From NCBI RefSeq assembly GCF_006345805.1, contig NW_021832600.1, positions 1 through 38,184 of the forward strand: a stretch of 38,184 nucleotides of DNA. The letters are read 5' to 3'. The notes under the pieces are model-generated. The model had not been told where the DNA came from and searched no databases. It saw only the letters and a program-made list of their open reading frames with translations. The position numbers and the translations under genes are program-made. Shown piece by piece: positions 1 through 11,389 of this stretch (its first letter is position 1; every line of letters begins with the position of its first letter). This DNA is from Octopus sinensis. Its lineage: Eukaryota.

Positions 1-189
1 GTCAAGGGAGACTTTGAACAAAGCTTTGAAAGCTAATAATGTCGTAAATAAGAGTCAAGGACGATAATCATTCATTGGTTGGTGATTAAAACCCATGTCG
101 TGTATATGATATTTATTTAAGGAAATAAATAGGCCATTCGTTTCTTCTATAAATAAATATTAATGTACATTAAATAAATATAACAGAGA

Positions 190-1050
190 TAATAAGGAAC
201 GATGGGAGCATTGCCCTAAATGGCAAGTGCGATTCTTTCACAGAACTAAGTGCCTTCTCGTTTCTTAGCAGTTGCTTCGATAATGTTTCAATCAAAGTGA
301 GATAAAAATGGCCCTGTTAAAGGGCCACAGACACCAGTAGTTTCAAAAGTAATTGGTTACAACATACAATGAGTAAATAACATTGACTATTCAGAAATTA
401 TTTGTTCTACCAATAAAATGGTATACCCCTCAAAACAGTACAATTAAGATTTGAGGCAACAGAATCCACCCCAGTGATACCCTAGTGTAGACAGTAGCCC
501 CCTACTCCAAGAACCACAAAATTATTTAATCTTATCTTACGCCAGCAATTCATAACAAAAAGACCTGTTTGATTTCAGAACAGACGGAGCACAGAGGCAA
601 ATGTCTACTTTATTATCTTGGTCTGCGACTGTCTCAGGAATCTACCGGTGCTTCAGTAGCATCAATGTAATCTTAAACAATTCATAGGTTTTTCACAACG
701 ACATTTGTATAGAGGACAATGTATGAGCGTTCACTCTTAGTGACACAACAATTCGTAATCTATCACTATTTAGCACATTCCCAACGTTTGCAATTGGCTG
801 GACATTGGTCAAGTAACCGAATGGTTTCACTGCCTGACTCGTGTCCGATGACATCAGTTCCTTAACGAAACTGCCAAGTTTAGATTTTATCAAACTGGCA
901 ACCCACTCTCGCTGCCATCCTTTGTTTGAGCGCATCTCTTTATTCAGTTTCATCGACTTTGTTGAAGTCACCGTCATTTTCTTGAAGGAATTAGAATTCC
1001 TGTAAACGCTGCTGGAAGGGTGGTGCGGTTCACTAGATGCAAAGAAACAT
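190..1050 (-). mobile_element. Degenerate CRE-clade non-LTR retrotransposon, 3' part (post-RT region and restriction-like endonuclease)
   Basis: Manual minus-strand translation of 360->190 gives PITFETTGVCGPLTGPFLSHFD*NIIEATAKKREGT*FCERIALAI*GNAPIV, resembling the CRE C-terminus (xPFAxETxGxWGP...IEATGDKREG...QRISLAIQRGNA). ORF 693-977 contains GNVLNSDRLRIVVSLRV, resembling the CRE GTxLDxxxLRIAVxLRLG motif. Several stops. Confidence 0.75.
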
Positions 1051-1167
1051 GGAAGAATGCCAGGAAATAAAGCAAGAAAAGGTCTTCACAGTTGCGGAAG
1101 CCGAAGTCCCAATTGCGCAATGTTAAAGAGATTTAAACTCAGACAAGATCATTTTTTTAAAAACATA

Positions 1168-1397
1168 TTTTTTTATTACCCACAAGGGGCTAAACATAGA
1201 AGGGACAAACAAGGACAGACAAACGGATTAAGTCGATTACATCGATCCCAGTGCGTAACTGGTACTTTATTTAATCGACCCCGAAAGGATGAAAAGCAAA
1301 GTCGACCTCGGCAGAATTTGAACTCAAAACGTAACGGCAGACGAAATACGGCTACGCATTTCGCCCGGCGTGCTAACGGTTCTGCCAGCTCGCCGCC
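1168..1397 (-). mobile_element. tRNA-derived SINE family A, full-length copy
   Basis: Reverse complement starts GGCGGCGAGCTGGCAGAA (A-box-like) and has GAGTTCAAATTC (B-box), body CCTTTCATCCTTTCGGGGTCGAT and tail GCCCCTTGTGGGTA. Same family recurs about 10 times in the window. Confidence 0.9.
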
Positions 1398-1930
1398 TTT
1401 CAGACAAGACCATTTGACAAATCAACATTAAACATTGTCTTTAATTTTTGTTTCACAAGCAAAGCAAAACGACTCAAAAGATCGATAATGTCAAAGTAGA
1501 ACTGTTTCTGAAAAGATAAATCAATTTTGGCTGGAGCAGACAGTTTTTTTTGTTTTTTTTGTTGAATAAAAATGCTTGATATTATTTTATGTCATCGATA
1601 CTATTAAGCAAATATTGCATCTGTTTCGTGATAGTTGTTGGAAATATAAGGGTCAGTTAAAAATTGCGCTGACGAAGAACCAACTTTGAAGTTGAGGGAG
1701 AAAATCGGTGGAAAGTGAAAGAGGAGAACGCCCGAACTTCTGTACAACATTTTATGTGCGACTCAATCGTGGTTAATTACAAGAAATTCCCGTTTGACGT
1801 AACTCACCTTTAGTCTGAAGTAATGTTCTTCCTTCATTAAGTTAGGCAACAAAGACCAGGTATTGAAACCCCGCTGCTTGATGTGAGTCGGTTGCTGATT
1901 CAGGAACGTACTTTATAATATAACCCCCCC

Positions 1931-1963
1931 ATCTCTCTTTCTCTCTTTCTCTCTGTCTCTCTC

Positions 1964-1999
<36 letters not shown>

Positions 2000-2000
2000 A

Positions 2001-2047
<47 letters not shown>
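1931..2047. repeat. (CT)n followed by (TA)n microsatellite
   Basis: Directly visible dinucleotide runs. Confidence 0.95.
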
Positions 2048-2050
<3 letters not shown>

Positions 2051-2255
2051 GACCGCGTGTGTACCGTTGGCGATTTTTTTCCTCCGTCTTCGCTTCTTTG
2101 GATCTTTCCTTTTCCTATGTTTCTGACGAAGAGCTCCGCTCGAAACGTTGAACCCTCCTTTTTTCTTTCCTTTCCTCAGCGTCCAATAACACTATACTTG
2201 TTTCACGTCTCGCGTTGTTGTGTTTTCTCTTTGCGTTTTCATGTTTGGATTAACT
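2048..2255 (+). mobile_element. Short Penelope-like repeat carrying a minimal hammerhead ribozyme core
   Basis: CTGACGA-A-GAGC-TCC-GCTC-GAAA-CGTT at 2123-2149. Same architecture and the same ...AACTATAT end as the copy at 14490-14695. Confidence 0.6.
2123..2153 (+). ncRNA. Putative minimal type I hammerhead ribozyme
   Basis: CUGACGA core, extra A, 4-bp helix II GAGC/GCUC, GAAA, palindromic ACGU helix III, GUU cleavage triplet, 4-bp helix I GUUU/GAAC. Confidence 0.55.
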
Positions 2256-2310
2256 ATATATATACAGTATATATATATATATATGTGTATATATATATAC
2301 ATATACATAT

Positions 2311-2357
<47 letters not shown>

Positions 2358-2460
2358 TATATATATTATATATATATATATATTATATATATATATACAT
2401 ACACACATACACACACACACACATAATATACATGCATATACACACACATACACACATAAA
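2256..2460. repeat. (TA)n/(CA)n microsatellite
   Basis: Direct observation. Confidence 0.95.
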
Positions 2461-2613
2461 CGCGTAACTTTCTTTACATGGGAGAGAAGACGTACTCAAT
2501 GCATAATGTAGTATGATTATATTATATTCGGCCAAATCGTTTGCCGTTACGTAAGTTACGCTTTTACTTAGTAACAGTACATGCCCCACCTATGCTTGTA
2601 TATTGGTATGTAA

Positions 2614-2727
2614 GGCGACGAGTTGGCAGAAACGTTAGCACGCCGGGCGAAATGCGTAGCCGTATTTCGTCTGCCGTTACGTTCTGTGTTCAAATTCCGC
2701 CGAGGTCCACTTTGCCTTTCATCCTTT
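2614..2727 (+). mobile_element. SINE family A, 5' half, ending at a (TA)n tract
   Basis: GGCGACGAGTTGGCAGAAACGTTAGCACGCCGGGCG...GTTCAAATTCCGCCGAGG...CCTTTCATCCTTT. Confidence 0.9.
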
Positions 2728-2856
<129 letters not shown>

Positions 2857-3186
2857 AAATATAAATTAGAGATAAAACCACTATTATGCAATTCAAACAG
2901 TGATAGACATAAACTAAAACATAAATAACAAATAATATATATTTCTATAAAACATATAACTAGATCTCAAAAAGTATAAAAATGAATGGTCAATATATAA
3001 TAAGTAAAAAAACTACGTACGTTTCATGGCTACAATTAAATTCGAATTACAATTAAGTTTAAATTCAATTGAAATAAATTCGATTTAAAATTATAGTCAA
3101 TCTTCAGGTTAATGATAATAGTTAAATAAATAAGAAAATAGAGTTAAACAATATCTATTTAAAAATAAATAAAATAATAATTTTTC

Positions 3187-3187
3187 T

Positions 3188-3245
<58 letters not shown>

Positions 3246-3246
3246 A

Positions 3247-3296
<50 letters not shown>

Positions 3297-3400
3297 GCAT
3301 ATGTATATGTATATATGTGTGTGTATATATATATACATATATATATATATGTATATATATATATGTGTGTGTATATATATATACATATATATATATATGT
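3187..3400. repeat. (TA)n-rich microsatellite
   Basis: Direct observation. Confidence 0.95.
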
Positions 3401-3672
3401 GTGTGTGTGTTTGTCCCCGCACAATCGCTTGAAAACCGATGCTGGTGTGTTTATGTCCCCGTTAAATAGCGGTTCGGCAAAAGAGACCGATAGAATAAGT
3501 ACGTACTAGGCTTACAAAGAATAAGTTCTGGAGTCGATTTGTTCGACTAAAGGTGGTGCCCCAGCATGGCTGCAATCCAATGACTCAAACAAATAAAAGA
3601 ATAAAAGAATAAAGGCGATGCTCCAGCATGGCCGCAGTCAAATGACTGAAACAAATAAAACAATAAAAGAAC
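3400..3672 (+). mobile_element. SINE family B (CORE-like), 3' half with duplicated terminal segment
   Basis: Matches 37117-37350 and the reverse complement of 24680-24880 (ACCGATGCTGGTGTGTTTA...CGGTTCGGCAAAAGAGACCGATAGAATAAG...CCAGCATGGC...AATGACT). Confidence 0.85.
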
Positions 3673-3834
3673 ATACAAACATACATACATACATGCATAC
3701 ATGCATGCATAAATACATACATACATACATACATACATACATACATGCATACATACATACATGCATATATACATACACACACACACATACATACACACAC
3801 ACATACATACATACATACATACATACACACATAC

Positions 3835-3865
<31 letters not shown>

Positions 3866-4015
3866 TACATACATACATACATACATACACACATACACAC
3901 ATACATACATACACACACATACATACATACATACATACATACATACATACATACATACATACATACATGCATACATACATACATGCATACATACATACAT
4001 ACATACATACATAAT
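3673..4015. repeat. (ACAT)n tetranucleotide microsatellite
   Basis: Direct observation; source of the MYVC/HTYI pseudo-ORFs. Confidence 0.95.
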
Positions 4016-4554
4016 ACACGCACACACGCACATCCAAACTGCGATTCCTGGCTCTCCTTGGATACTCCATTCAATTTCTCCAATTTTTTTTTACCAGTTT
4101 TGTAATTCTTTGCAAACATTTCTTTTAGCCATTTCCTTTCTTTACAGAACTGATACCGTTTCTCTCGTTTATTTATTTAAGTCCAAACCTTTCCTCTGTG
4201 TAAAAACATTTCACACCCAAAACATTTCCGCACACAACTCTCGCATCCTTCACATTCCTTTTGGCTTTCCAATAAGGAGTTTCGCTAATACCGTATTTAT
4301 TAAACAGTGTACCCCGCTGCATGTTCCGATTATTGCAAGAAACGCATGCTGTAATAGCACCGCAGTATTCGGAAACGCAGTATTCAAATACATAAATACA
4401 TCTCACATCACCAATCGATGTCTAGACGTTATATTAAATTTATAATTTTTCCGAAACACCTTACGGGGAAAAAAAAATCTATGAAAATCGATATAAATAA
4501 AGAACGAAATAAATGAATTGGAAACAGTTTATGTTTTACGAGTTTATCGGCTTG

Positions 4555-4555
4555 C

Positions 4556-4588
<33 letters not shown>
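4555..4588. repeat. (CAA)n microsatellite
   Basis: Direct observation. Confidence 0.95.
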
Positions 4589-4589
<1 letters not shown>

Positions 4590-6612
4590 TAAAAAAAGAA
4601 AGATAGAAATAGAAATTTTTTTTCCACTTTTTTATATTGTAAAACAGTTATTTGTTTCGATTTTTCTTCGTTTTGTATTTGACCCTATGACAGCTGAGAA
4701 TACTTTCAATTTGGTTCTGACTACTATCGCTCTCCTTACATTCACATCTGCACTCATTTTTTATCTGCTCTCCATCTTCAAGAATCTCAAAAAAATGATA
4801 TCGAATTTTTTTTTAATTAAGAATTCTTCGTTTGCTTCTTAGCTTCCTCTATTCTGTCGTGGCTGTCATCCTCGTCGTCATATGCTTGTTGTTGCTCTAA
4901 ATTTAAAGGACTCCATCATTGATGTCCACAATATACCTGTCAACCATTACCGTCGCCCCTTCTAGGCATCCCGGATGTAAATCAAGTTGAGTGATTTCCG
5001 CTCCGTCTCCTCGAAAATATTTGTGATTTGTGGAGTAACGAATTATATTTTTCTAAACTGCTCTCATAGTCCTGATTGTTGTTCATTCTCCAAAAATATT
5101 TTCAAGATGACATATATATTCATCCATAATACATTCCGGCAGATTCGAACATGAATATACTAATCGCCGTTGTATTTCGTCATTGAAAACTTCTTTCAGA
5201 CGAATATGAGTTCATAATATACTCGATTCATTAGCGTAAGAAGACTTTGGGACAGCCGGTGTTTCGACATCGTTATGTCTCCTCATTCAAAGCTTTCTCA
5301 GACTATTGGATCTCAAGAGTTTGTGGCTCTTGTTTATAAATCCACTAAATTATTTGTTGATACGTTCTGATATCTGCCAACCGATAATAAATCGGTATGT
5401 GCACACTGATTCACTTCACTCCTACAGTGGAATATATTTTCAGAATAACCCTGTTGTCTTTCCAGGTCCTAAGAACCATCTTTTTTTCGCTGTTGCTATC
5501 ACGACTAAGACGCTTACCTCTTCCTACGACAATTGATGCAGCTATTTGAATATGACCCCATCAAATGTGTGTATACTTCTACCTGAAGGACACAAATGGC
5601 CTTCAGTTAGAATTATACACACTCAAAGAAAATTTCCACACAAAACTTTTCCTACGCCATGAAGATGAGACGGAGGCCAAGTAATCTAAAAAGGTCTTTT
5701 GTCAGTAATTCAGAATGGAAAATGAGCAAAAACGTCGACATTAATATCAAACTCAAATCGTGAATAAGGAATATGTGAAAGAGTACACGTATCTGGGGTG
5801 AGTTTATTTATTTTTTTCATATATAAGATTATATTTACATTAGTTCCGAGTTCGAACACATACAAAGGTTATACACCCATCCAGGGATAAGGTACCTGAT
5901 AACGATGGGAGATAAACCAACCGAAATATCGTGCCGATATAAGTATTGGGTACGAGCAAGACTGTGCTATAAAGAGGTTTGCTTACCAATCACAAATATC
6001 CAGGTTCGATCTGACTGGGCGGTACAGTTTGCAAGTGGCTTCTATAATTGCATAGGGCCGGTACAAACCATGTGAGCCAAACTAGGTTTGTAGAAACTAT
6101 ACTGAAACCCGTTGGATGTCTGCACCTACCTTTGGCTAGTAGGTATAATCCATTCCTGTTTAACATCACCACGTAATTGGTATTTTTTTTAGCTGAGGTC
6201 ACTTTATGCAACCATTTTCACCAGCTCACCCCTTGTCTATATCAAGATCACCTTTTCTCACACTAGTGTCAAAGGCTCTACAAAAACGCCACGAGAACTT
6301 TCCTTTCATCACTGAGAAAGCTATACAAGAATAACTTTAGAAATACATTTTAAAAATGAAGTTAAGAACTCGGAAAAATATATTCTTATTAAGACAGGGA
6401 AAAAAATACATGATGTAAAAGATTAAACGACAACTACTGCAGACGTCATATGAGAGCGAGTGTGGCTTAGTAACATGTATCTTGTACCATGTTTTCATGA
6501 AACCGCGAATAGAAGTAGATGTCCTCTTGCTTTGCTGCAATCATGACTAAGAGCAGAAAAAAAAAGAGAGAAACCCGTTCAGTATGACTACTGAATAGAG
6601 AGTGGGTTATAC

Positions 6613-7243
6613 CGGTACTTCTCAAACTATCTGATGTGGTGTACTGGCAGCTTCTTTTTTCCAATGTGCCAGGGACCGGTAATATTTTTTAGTAATATTA
6701 ATTTATACCGGAAACAAGATAAACAATTGCAGCGTGGAAGGTGTTTATAAGCCATTTAAGAAACACACAAAAACCGTTAGATTCACTTCAACATTTAAAT
6801 TTAATTTGTCAAAATATTTTCGTTGCTTTGAGATCGCGAGCTATGATGCAGCACGAAGTTTTGTCTGTGAACAGGTCGCAGTCTCAAAGCGACGAAAATA
6901 TTTTGGCAAATTAAACTTAAATGTTGAAGTGAATCTAACGGTTTTTGTGTGTTTCTTAAATGGCTTATAAACACCTTCCACGCTGCAATTGTTTTCTTTC
7001 CAGCACACGATCTCAGACCAGATCACTCGCTATGCAAGTACATTTCCGTATATATATATATAATGAATATGATAAAAGTTGACAATTTTTTCTTTTATCT
7101 TATATTTATTTTGTAAACAAATAATACAATATTACATAAGCATTTTATAATGTTTCTTTCTTTTCTGGAAACTTACCGCGTACCGGCAGCTGATGGTTCG
7201 CGGACCGGCACCGATCCGCGGACCACCACTTTGAGTAGCACTG
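6613..7243. mobile_element. Non-autonomous hAT (Charlie/MER5-like) MITE
   Basis: Imperfect TIRs: CGGTACTTCTCAAACT and reverse complement CAGTGCTACTCAAAGT. 8-bp TSD GGTTATAC (6605-6612) / TGTTATAC (7244-7251). Subterminal GGTCCGCGGA motifs. Confidence 0.8.
6721..6994. repeat. Fold-back: two ~113-bp inverted arms (about 3 mismatches) with a 48-bp spacer
   Basis: 6721-6833 is the reverse complement of 6882-6994. Confidence 0.9.
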
Positions 7244-7259
7244 TGTTATACTAAGACTC

Positions 7260-7402
7260 AGCTGGCAATATTTCATCGGAGTAGACTGGAACAACAAGGA
7301 ACAACAGAAAAACACAGTGCTTTGAACACTAGTCTACCTGGTTCAAGAATCGAACTCACGACCTTGTACCGCGAGCCCAGTATCCTAAACACTGTGTCAC
7401 GC
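7260..7402 (-). mobile_element. Old diverged tRNA-derived SINE fragment
   Basis: GAATCGAACTCACGACC (reverse B-box) followed by a CCTAAACACT reverse A-box-like segment. Confidence 0.45.
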
Positions 7403-7539
7403 CCACTTCATAGCGTAGTAGACGCTACAAAAGGGTATGGAGAAGAGAGGTTGTATTGATTTTCTGCAGATGTGTAGAGTCTCAAATCTGTTGGATGGAT
7501 ATGGAGTTGTTAGTGTTGTCTCTGTGGTCGGCAGTAATT

Positions 7540-7682
7540 GATTGGTCCATTATTTGATCGACCCCGGAAGGATGAAAGGCAATACTAATCTAAGTGGGAT
7601 TTAAGCCGAGAAGGTAAAAAAGCCGTAAATAAATGCTGCGAGGCATTTTTGCCTAACGCCAGAACGATTCTGCCAATCCGCC
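7540..7682 (-). mobile_element. Diverged SINE family A copy
   Basis: ATCGACCCCGGAAGGATGAAAGGCAA...AACGATTCTGCCAATCCGCC, homologous to family A. Confidence 0.75.
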
Positions 7683-7850
7683 CACCCCCTCCACCCGCCT
7701 ACCCCCAACAAAAAAACAAAACAAAACAAAAACAAAAACAAGACTTGTACTAAGAAGTTAAAAGCGGTGACATCGTAAGTTTCTGTTTCTCCAACTTTTC
7801 TCTATTACTGTCACTTTTCCCCCCCATCACCGCCATTACCCCACAAGTGC

Positions 7851-7981
<131 letters not shown>

Positions 7982-8149
7982 AATCGGCGGCAACCACGAT
8001 GTCAGGTCAACTGTCCTATTAAAACAGTTCAGTTGGAAAAAAAGCCCCAGATTAGCTTTGATGTATAACAGCGAAAATATTTGTTGTTGTCCGTGTAAAC
8101 ATACGACTTACAGGTGTGGTTGTTGATGCGAGAGGGGTGGCGTTATTAT

Positions 8150-8380
8150 TGGCAGTGATGGTGGTGGTGGTGGTGGTGGTGATGGTATGATGATAGTAAT
8201 GGTGGTGACGGTGGTGATAGTTGCTGTAGTGGTCGTGGCATTAGCATGGTGATGATGATGGTGGTGGTGATCGCGCGGGGCTGGAGTGCTGCTAGCAAGT
8301 TGCAACGAAGATGGTCGTAATGGTGGCGATAATGGGGAGGATATTAGGGGTTTGTGGTTGTAATCGTAATGATGATGGTT
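8150..8380. repeat. Degenerate (GGT/GAT)n low-complexity tract
   Basis: Direct observation. Confidence 0.85.
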
Positions 8381-8598
8381 AGAAACGTTAGCACGCCAGG
8401 CGAAATGCTTAGCAGTATTTCGTCTGCCGCTACGTTCTGAGTTCAAATTCCGCCGAGGTCGACTTTGCCTTTCATCCTTTCGGGGTCGATAAATTAAGTA
8501 CCAGTTACGCACTGGGGTAGATGTAATCGACTTAATCCGTTTGTCTGTCCTTGTTTGTCCTCTCTGTGTTTGGCCCCTTGTGGGTAGTAAAGAAATAG
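8381..8598 (+). mobile_element. SINE family A copy lacking the first ~14 nt
   Basis: AGAAACGTTAGCACGCC...GAGTTCAAATTCCGCCGAGG...GTGGGTAGTAAAGAAATA. Confidence 0.9.
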
Positions 8599-8774
8599 AT
8601 TCTGCCAGCTCGCCGCTTTAATGGTGGCGGTAATGGTGGCGATGTCAATATTGTGGTGGTCATGGCGTTGGTATGGTGATACTGGTGGTAGGGGTCAAAT
8701 GGATGGTGGTGGTGGTGGCACTTAATGGTAATGGTCTCGATGGTTAGCAGATTGATTAGTATTTGAACTGATTT

Positions 8775-8945
8775 CGTTTAACCCCAGGTCTGCCCCAGCT
8801 GGGCATTGAGTAGCAGCTCAGCACACTCTGTCCCTTCCAAGGGTATTATACATCTGTGATTACTTTTGTACACTGCATCCTTCCCGTTTCAAGATGGTAG
8901 AATGTCATTTAGATAAGATGTGGCTGCTATTTCAAGCCGGTCGAA
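8775..8945 (+). mobile_element. Diverged SINE/LINE-tail remnant
   Basis: Ends in GATGTGGCTGCTATTTCAAGCCGG. The same tail motif occurs inverted at 17403-17433, 32412-32450 and 33606-33628. Confidence 0.4.
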
Positions 8946-8959
8946 TGACGTTTTGGGTT

Positions 8960-9235
8960 TGATGGTAGTGATGGTGATGGTACTGATAGTAGTGATGGTG
9001 ATGGCGGTGATGGTGGTTGAGTTCGTAGTTGTAGTGGTGATGGATCATTGATTGTAATGGTGGTGGTGGCGGTGGTAATAGTGATGGTGGGTAGTCGAGT
9101 TCGTGGTAGTAGTTGTAGTCGTGGTAGTAATGATTGCAGTGGTTGTGGTGGTGTGATAGTGGTGATGGTGGTGGTCGTCGTTTTTACTGGCGTCATTACT
9201 GGTTTTGTGGTGACGTTGATGGTGGTTGTTGAGGT
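8960..9235. repeat. Degenerate (GGT/GTA)n low-complexity tract
   Basis: Direct observation. Confidence 0.85.
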
Positions 9236-10237
9236 TAAGGTTAGAACCGGTGTCTTTTGTCGGTGTAGCCTCAAGTCATGGCTCACACAACCTCTCACAC
9301 GTAAATCGTCGGTCTAACAACAAAAACGTGTCAACCACAAATGCAAATAAATTAATGCTATCTATAGGTCTGTCTAAGGACCATATATGCGTACTGACAA
9401 CTGGCTTATCACATAGGATAGAGTGTGTGAATCTTGCCAGTTACGTCGTCGTCTGTGTCCAGTCTATTTCTGGCGAGAGTCACAGCTGAGGAAGGTCAGA
9501 TAAACTCGTTTATATTTCGTAGGTTGTTGTTCTGCTTTATTTTCCGTTGATGATGTGTATGATGACACTGTGCTTCGTTCTAATGAGGCTTTCGACGCTG
9601 CTGAATTTCTTATATTCATATATATATGTATTTTTAAAAATAAATATTTGAAAAGTTGATGTACACAAGGGGATAGACAAAAAAAAAAAGTTTCACTGAT
9701 TGAAATTTTCCAATTAGTAGGAGAAAGAAAAAAATCTAGGCTATTGTTGGTAACTATCACAGGAAAGGAGGACATGACTTTATGAAATTAACTTCTGGGA
9801 GTTGATTTACATGCTTAAGAGAAAGTTAGATCTTTGTTTGCAAGTAAGGGACAACTATGAACATGTTCCAGTCTGTTTGACCTCATCAGCACGGTATATT
9901 CTACTCAAACTCACTTTTATCAATTGACAAAGATTTTTACGTTGAGCTACGGATAATTTTTGACCAATATAATTTTCAGAATTAACCAGTAAAATGATCT
10001 AAAGGAAATAATTCAAATTAAGCCATTGGCACGAATTTGCAAGTTAAGGGCTGTTTTACTAAATGCTGTATAAAAAGAGAATTTATGGAATCTGCGTGAG
10101 ATTTTTAGAAGGACCAAAAATTTTATGATGATGGAAGTTGAAGATATTTTCTGGTTGATAATGGGTTTGGTAATTGAACAGGTCGTGGCAACGAATATAT
10201 GGATTTAAGCAATGGCTGTGAGAGAGATCAGCACGTA

Positions 10238-10614
10238 CACTTGCGTCAGAAATTAATTAGCACTTCTCAAATTTCTACATTAAATAGGTTAAATCAATTA
10301 ACCTATGAGCTGTTCAAAACGTCTTACGCGATGAGAAAACTTAGTATGGTGTGATTTCGGTCCTTGCGAGGCGCTACCTATATCTATTAAACAAAGGAAG
10401 ATTTGTCTGCATCCGCACTCCAAGTTGTTGCACTGCTATGTCAACATCATAAGGCTGTAGACTCTCAAACTGCTCTGCAAACAAAGTTACGTCATCGTTC
10501 TGCGCAACAGTGAACTCGCAACAAAGCAATAGTTCGAGATATGGCCACTAGGTGACAGCACATACCTTGAGTGAAGAGCAAATCAAGGGTGCTAATTAAT
10601 TTCTGACGGTAGTG
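10238..10614. mobile_element. Tc1/mariner-type MITE
   Basis: 26-bp TIRs CACTTGCGTCAGAAATTAATTAGCAC and reverse complement CACTACCGTCAGAAATTAATTAGCAC (2 mismatches). Flanked by TA at 10236-37 and 10615-16. Confidence 0.8.
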
Positions 10615-10813
10615 TATGTTGACAATATGAAGGGTGAATGTTTCTAAAACTTTTTAGAGTGTACATAGAATGACGTGAAATCTGATGTTATAGAGTTTTT
10701 GCTAGGTTTTGGAATTATTTGTCAAGTTTCCATATCCTGGAAATCTGATAATATTGGTGTGAGCAGTTTGAATATGTCGTTGAGCACAATATTTCTACTA
10801 CGTCCCGGCAGTT

Positions 10814-10958
10814 ATATGTCTATGTTTGTAAATCCGACCACCACAATTTCAGATTTCTTTATTGCGTTTTTGGTATCTGATATAAAAAAAAAAGCGTCGC
10901 AGTTATGCTTGTTTTTTGTTTTAGAAGAATGTGAGAAATCTAACGCGAATTCCGTCTT
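10814..10958 (+). repeat. ~145-bp direct repeat, copy 1 (copy 2 at 11390-11534)
   Basis: ATATGTCTATGTTTG...GCGAATTCCGTCTT occurs twice with about 5 differences, exactly bracketing the CR1 fragment. Confidence 0.9.
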
Positions 10959-11389
10959 AGTTAGTTAGTTAGTTAGTTAGTTAATTTGGCTCAAAAGCAA
11001 ATAGCAAGGCCATGTAGGGGGACATGGAGTTAAGTACAGGGTGGTGTTCATGTAAAGAGTTCAGGCCACTTGAGGTCAAGGGATACTTTGAACAGAGCGG
11101 TCGTCGGCATCTTCACCATCTCGTCTGGCAGCTTATTCCACGGATCCGCAACCCGGACGGAGAAAGCTCCTCTCCTTCGATTGAGATGAAATCGTCGCAG
11201 GTAGAGCTTTTCGGAATGACCCCGCAGCCGACGCTCTGGAGCAGGAGTGAAGAACAGCTCTTTCGAGAGGTTACACTTTCCGCTTATGATGTTGTGGGCG
11301 AGAATGAGATTACCACGGCGGCGGCGTTTTTCAAGAGAATAAAGGTCGAGCGTCCTCAGCCTTTCTTCGTAGGACAAATTTTTGAGACC
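10959..11389 (-). mobile_element. 5'-truncated CR1-clade LINE (ORF2 C-terminus, 3'UTR, (TAAC)n tail)
   Basis: ORF 11048-11377 SYEERLRTLDLYSLEKRRRRGNLI...RLRGHSEKL...FSVRVADPWNKLP is the typical CR1 ORF2 C-terminus. (TTAG)n at 10957-10984 is the tail. Confidence 0.9.

Noticed and set aside
1057-1431. ORFs overlapping SINEs (also 8108-8512, 21599-21862, 24197-25102, 35677-35967)
   Set aside because: Chance open frames through non-coding SINE sequence.
1808-1900. Minus-strand donor AAG|GTGAGT preceded by an open frame (QQPTHIKQRGFNTWSLLPNLMKEEHYFRLK)
   Set aside because: No convincing polypyrimidine acceptor upstream and no recognisable homology; compatible with chance.
4850-6330. Moderately complex sequence with an RT-like KEYTYLG motif near 5780
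   Set aside because: Probably very old LINE debris, but only one short motif is recognisable; family and boundaries cannot be supported.
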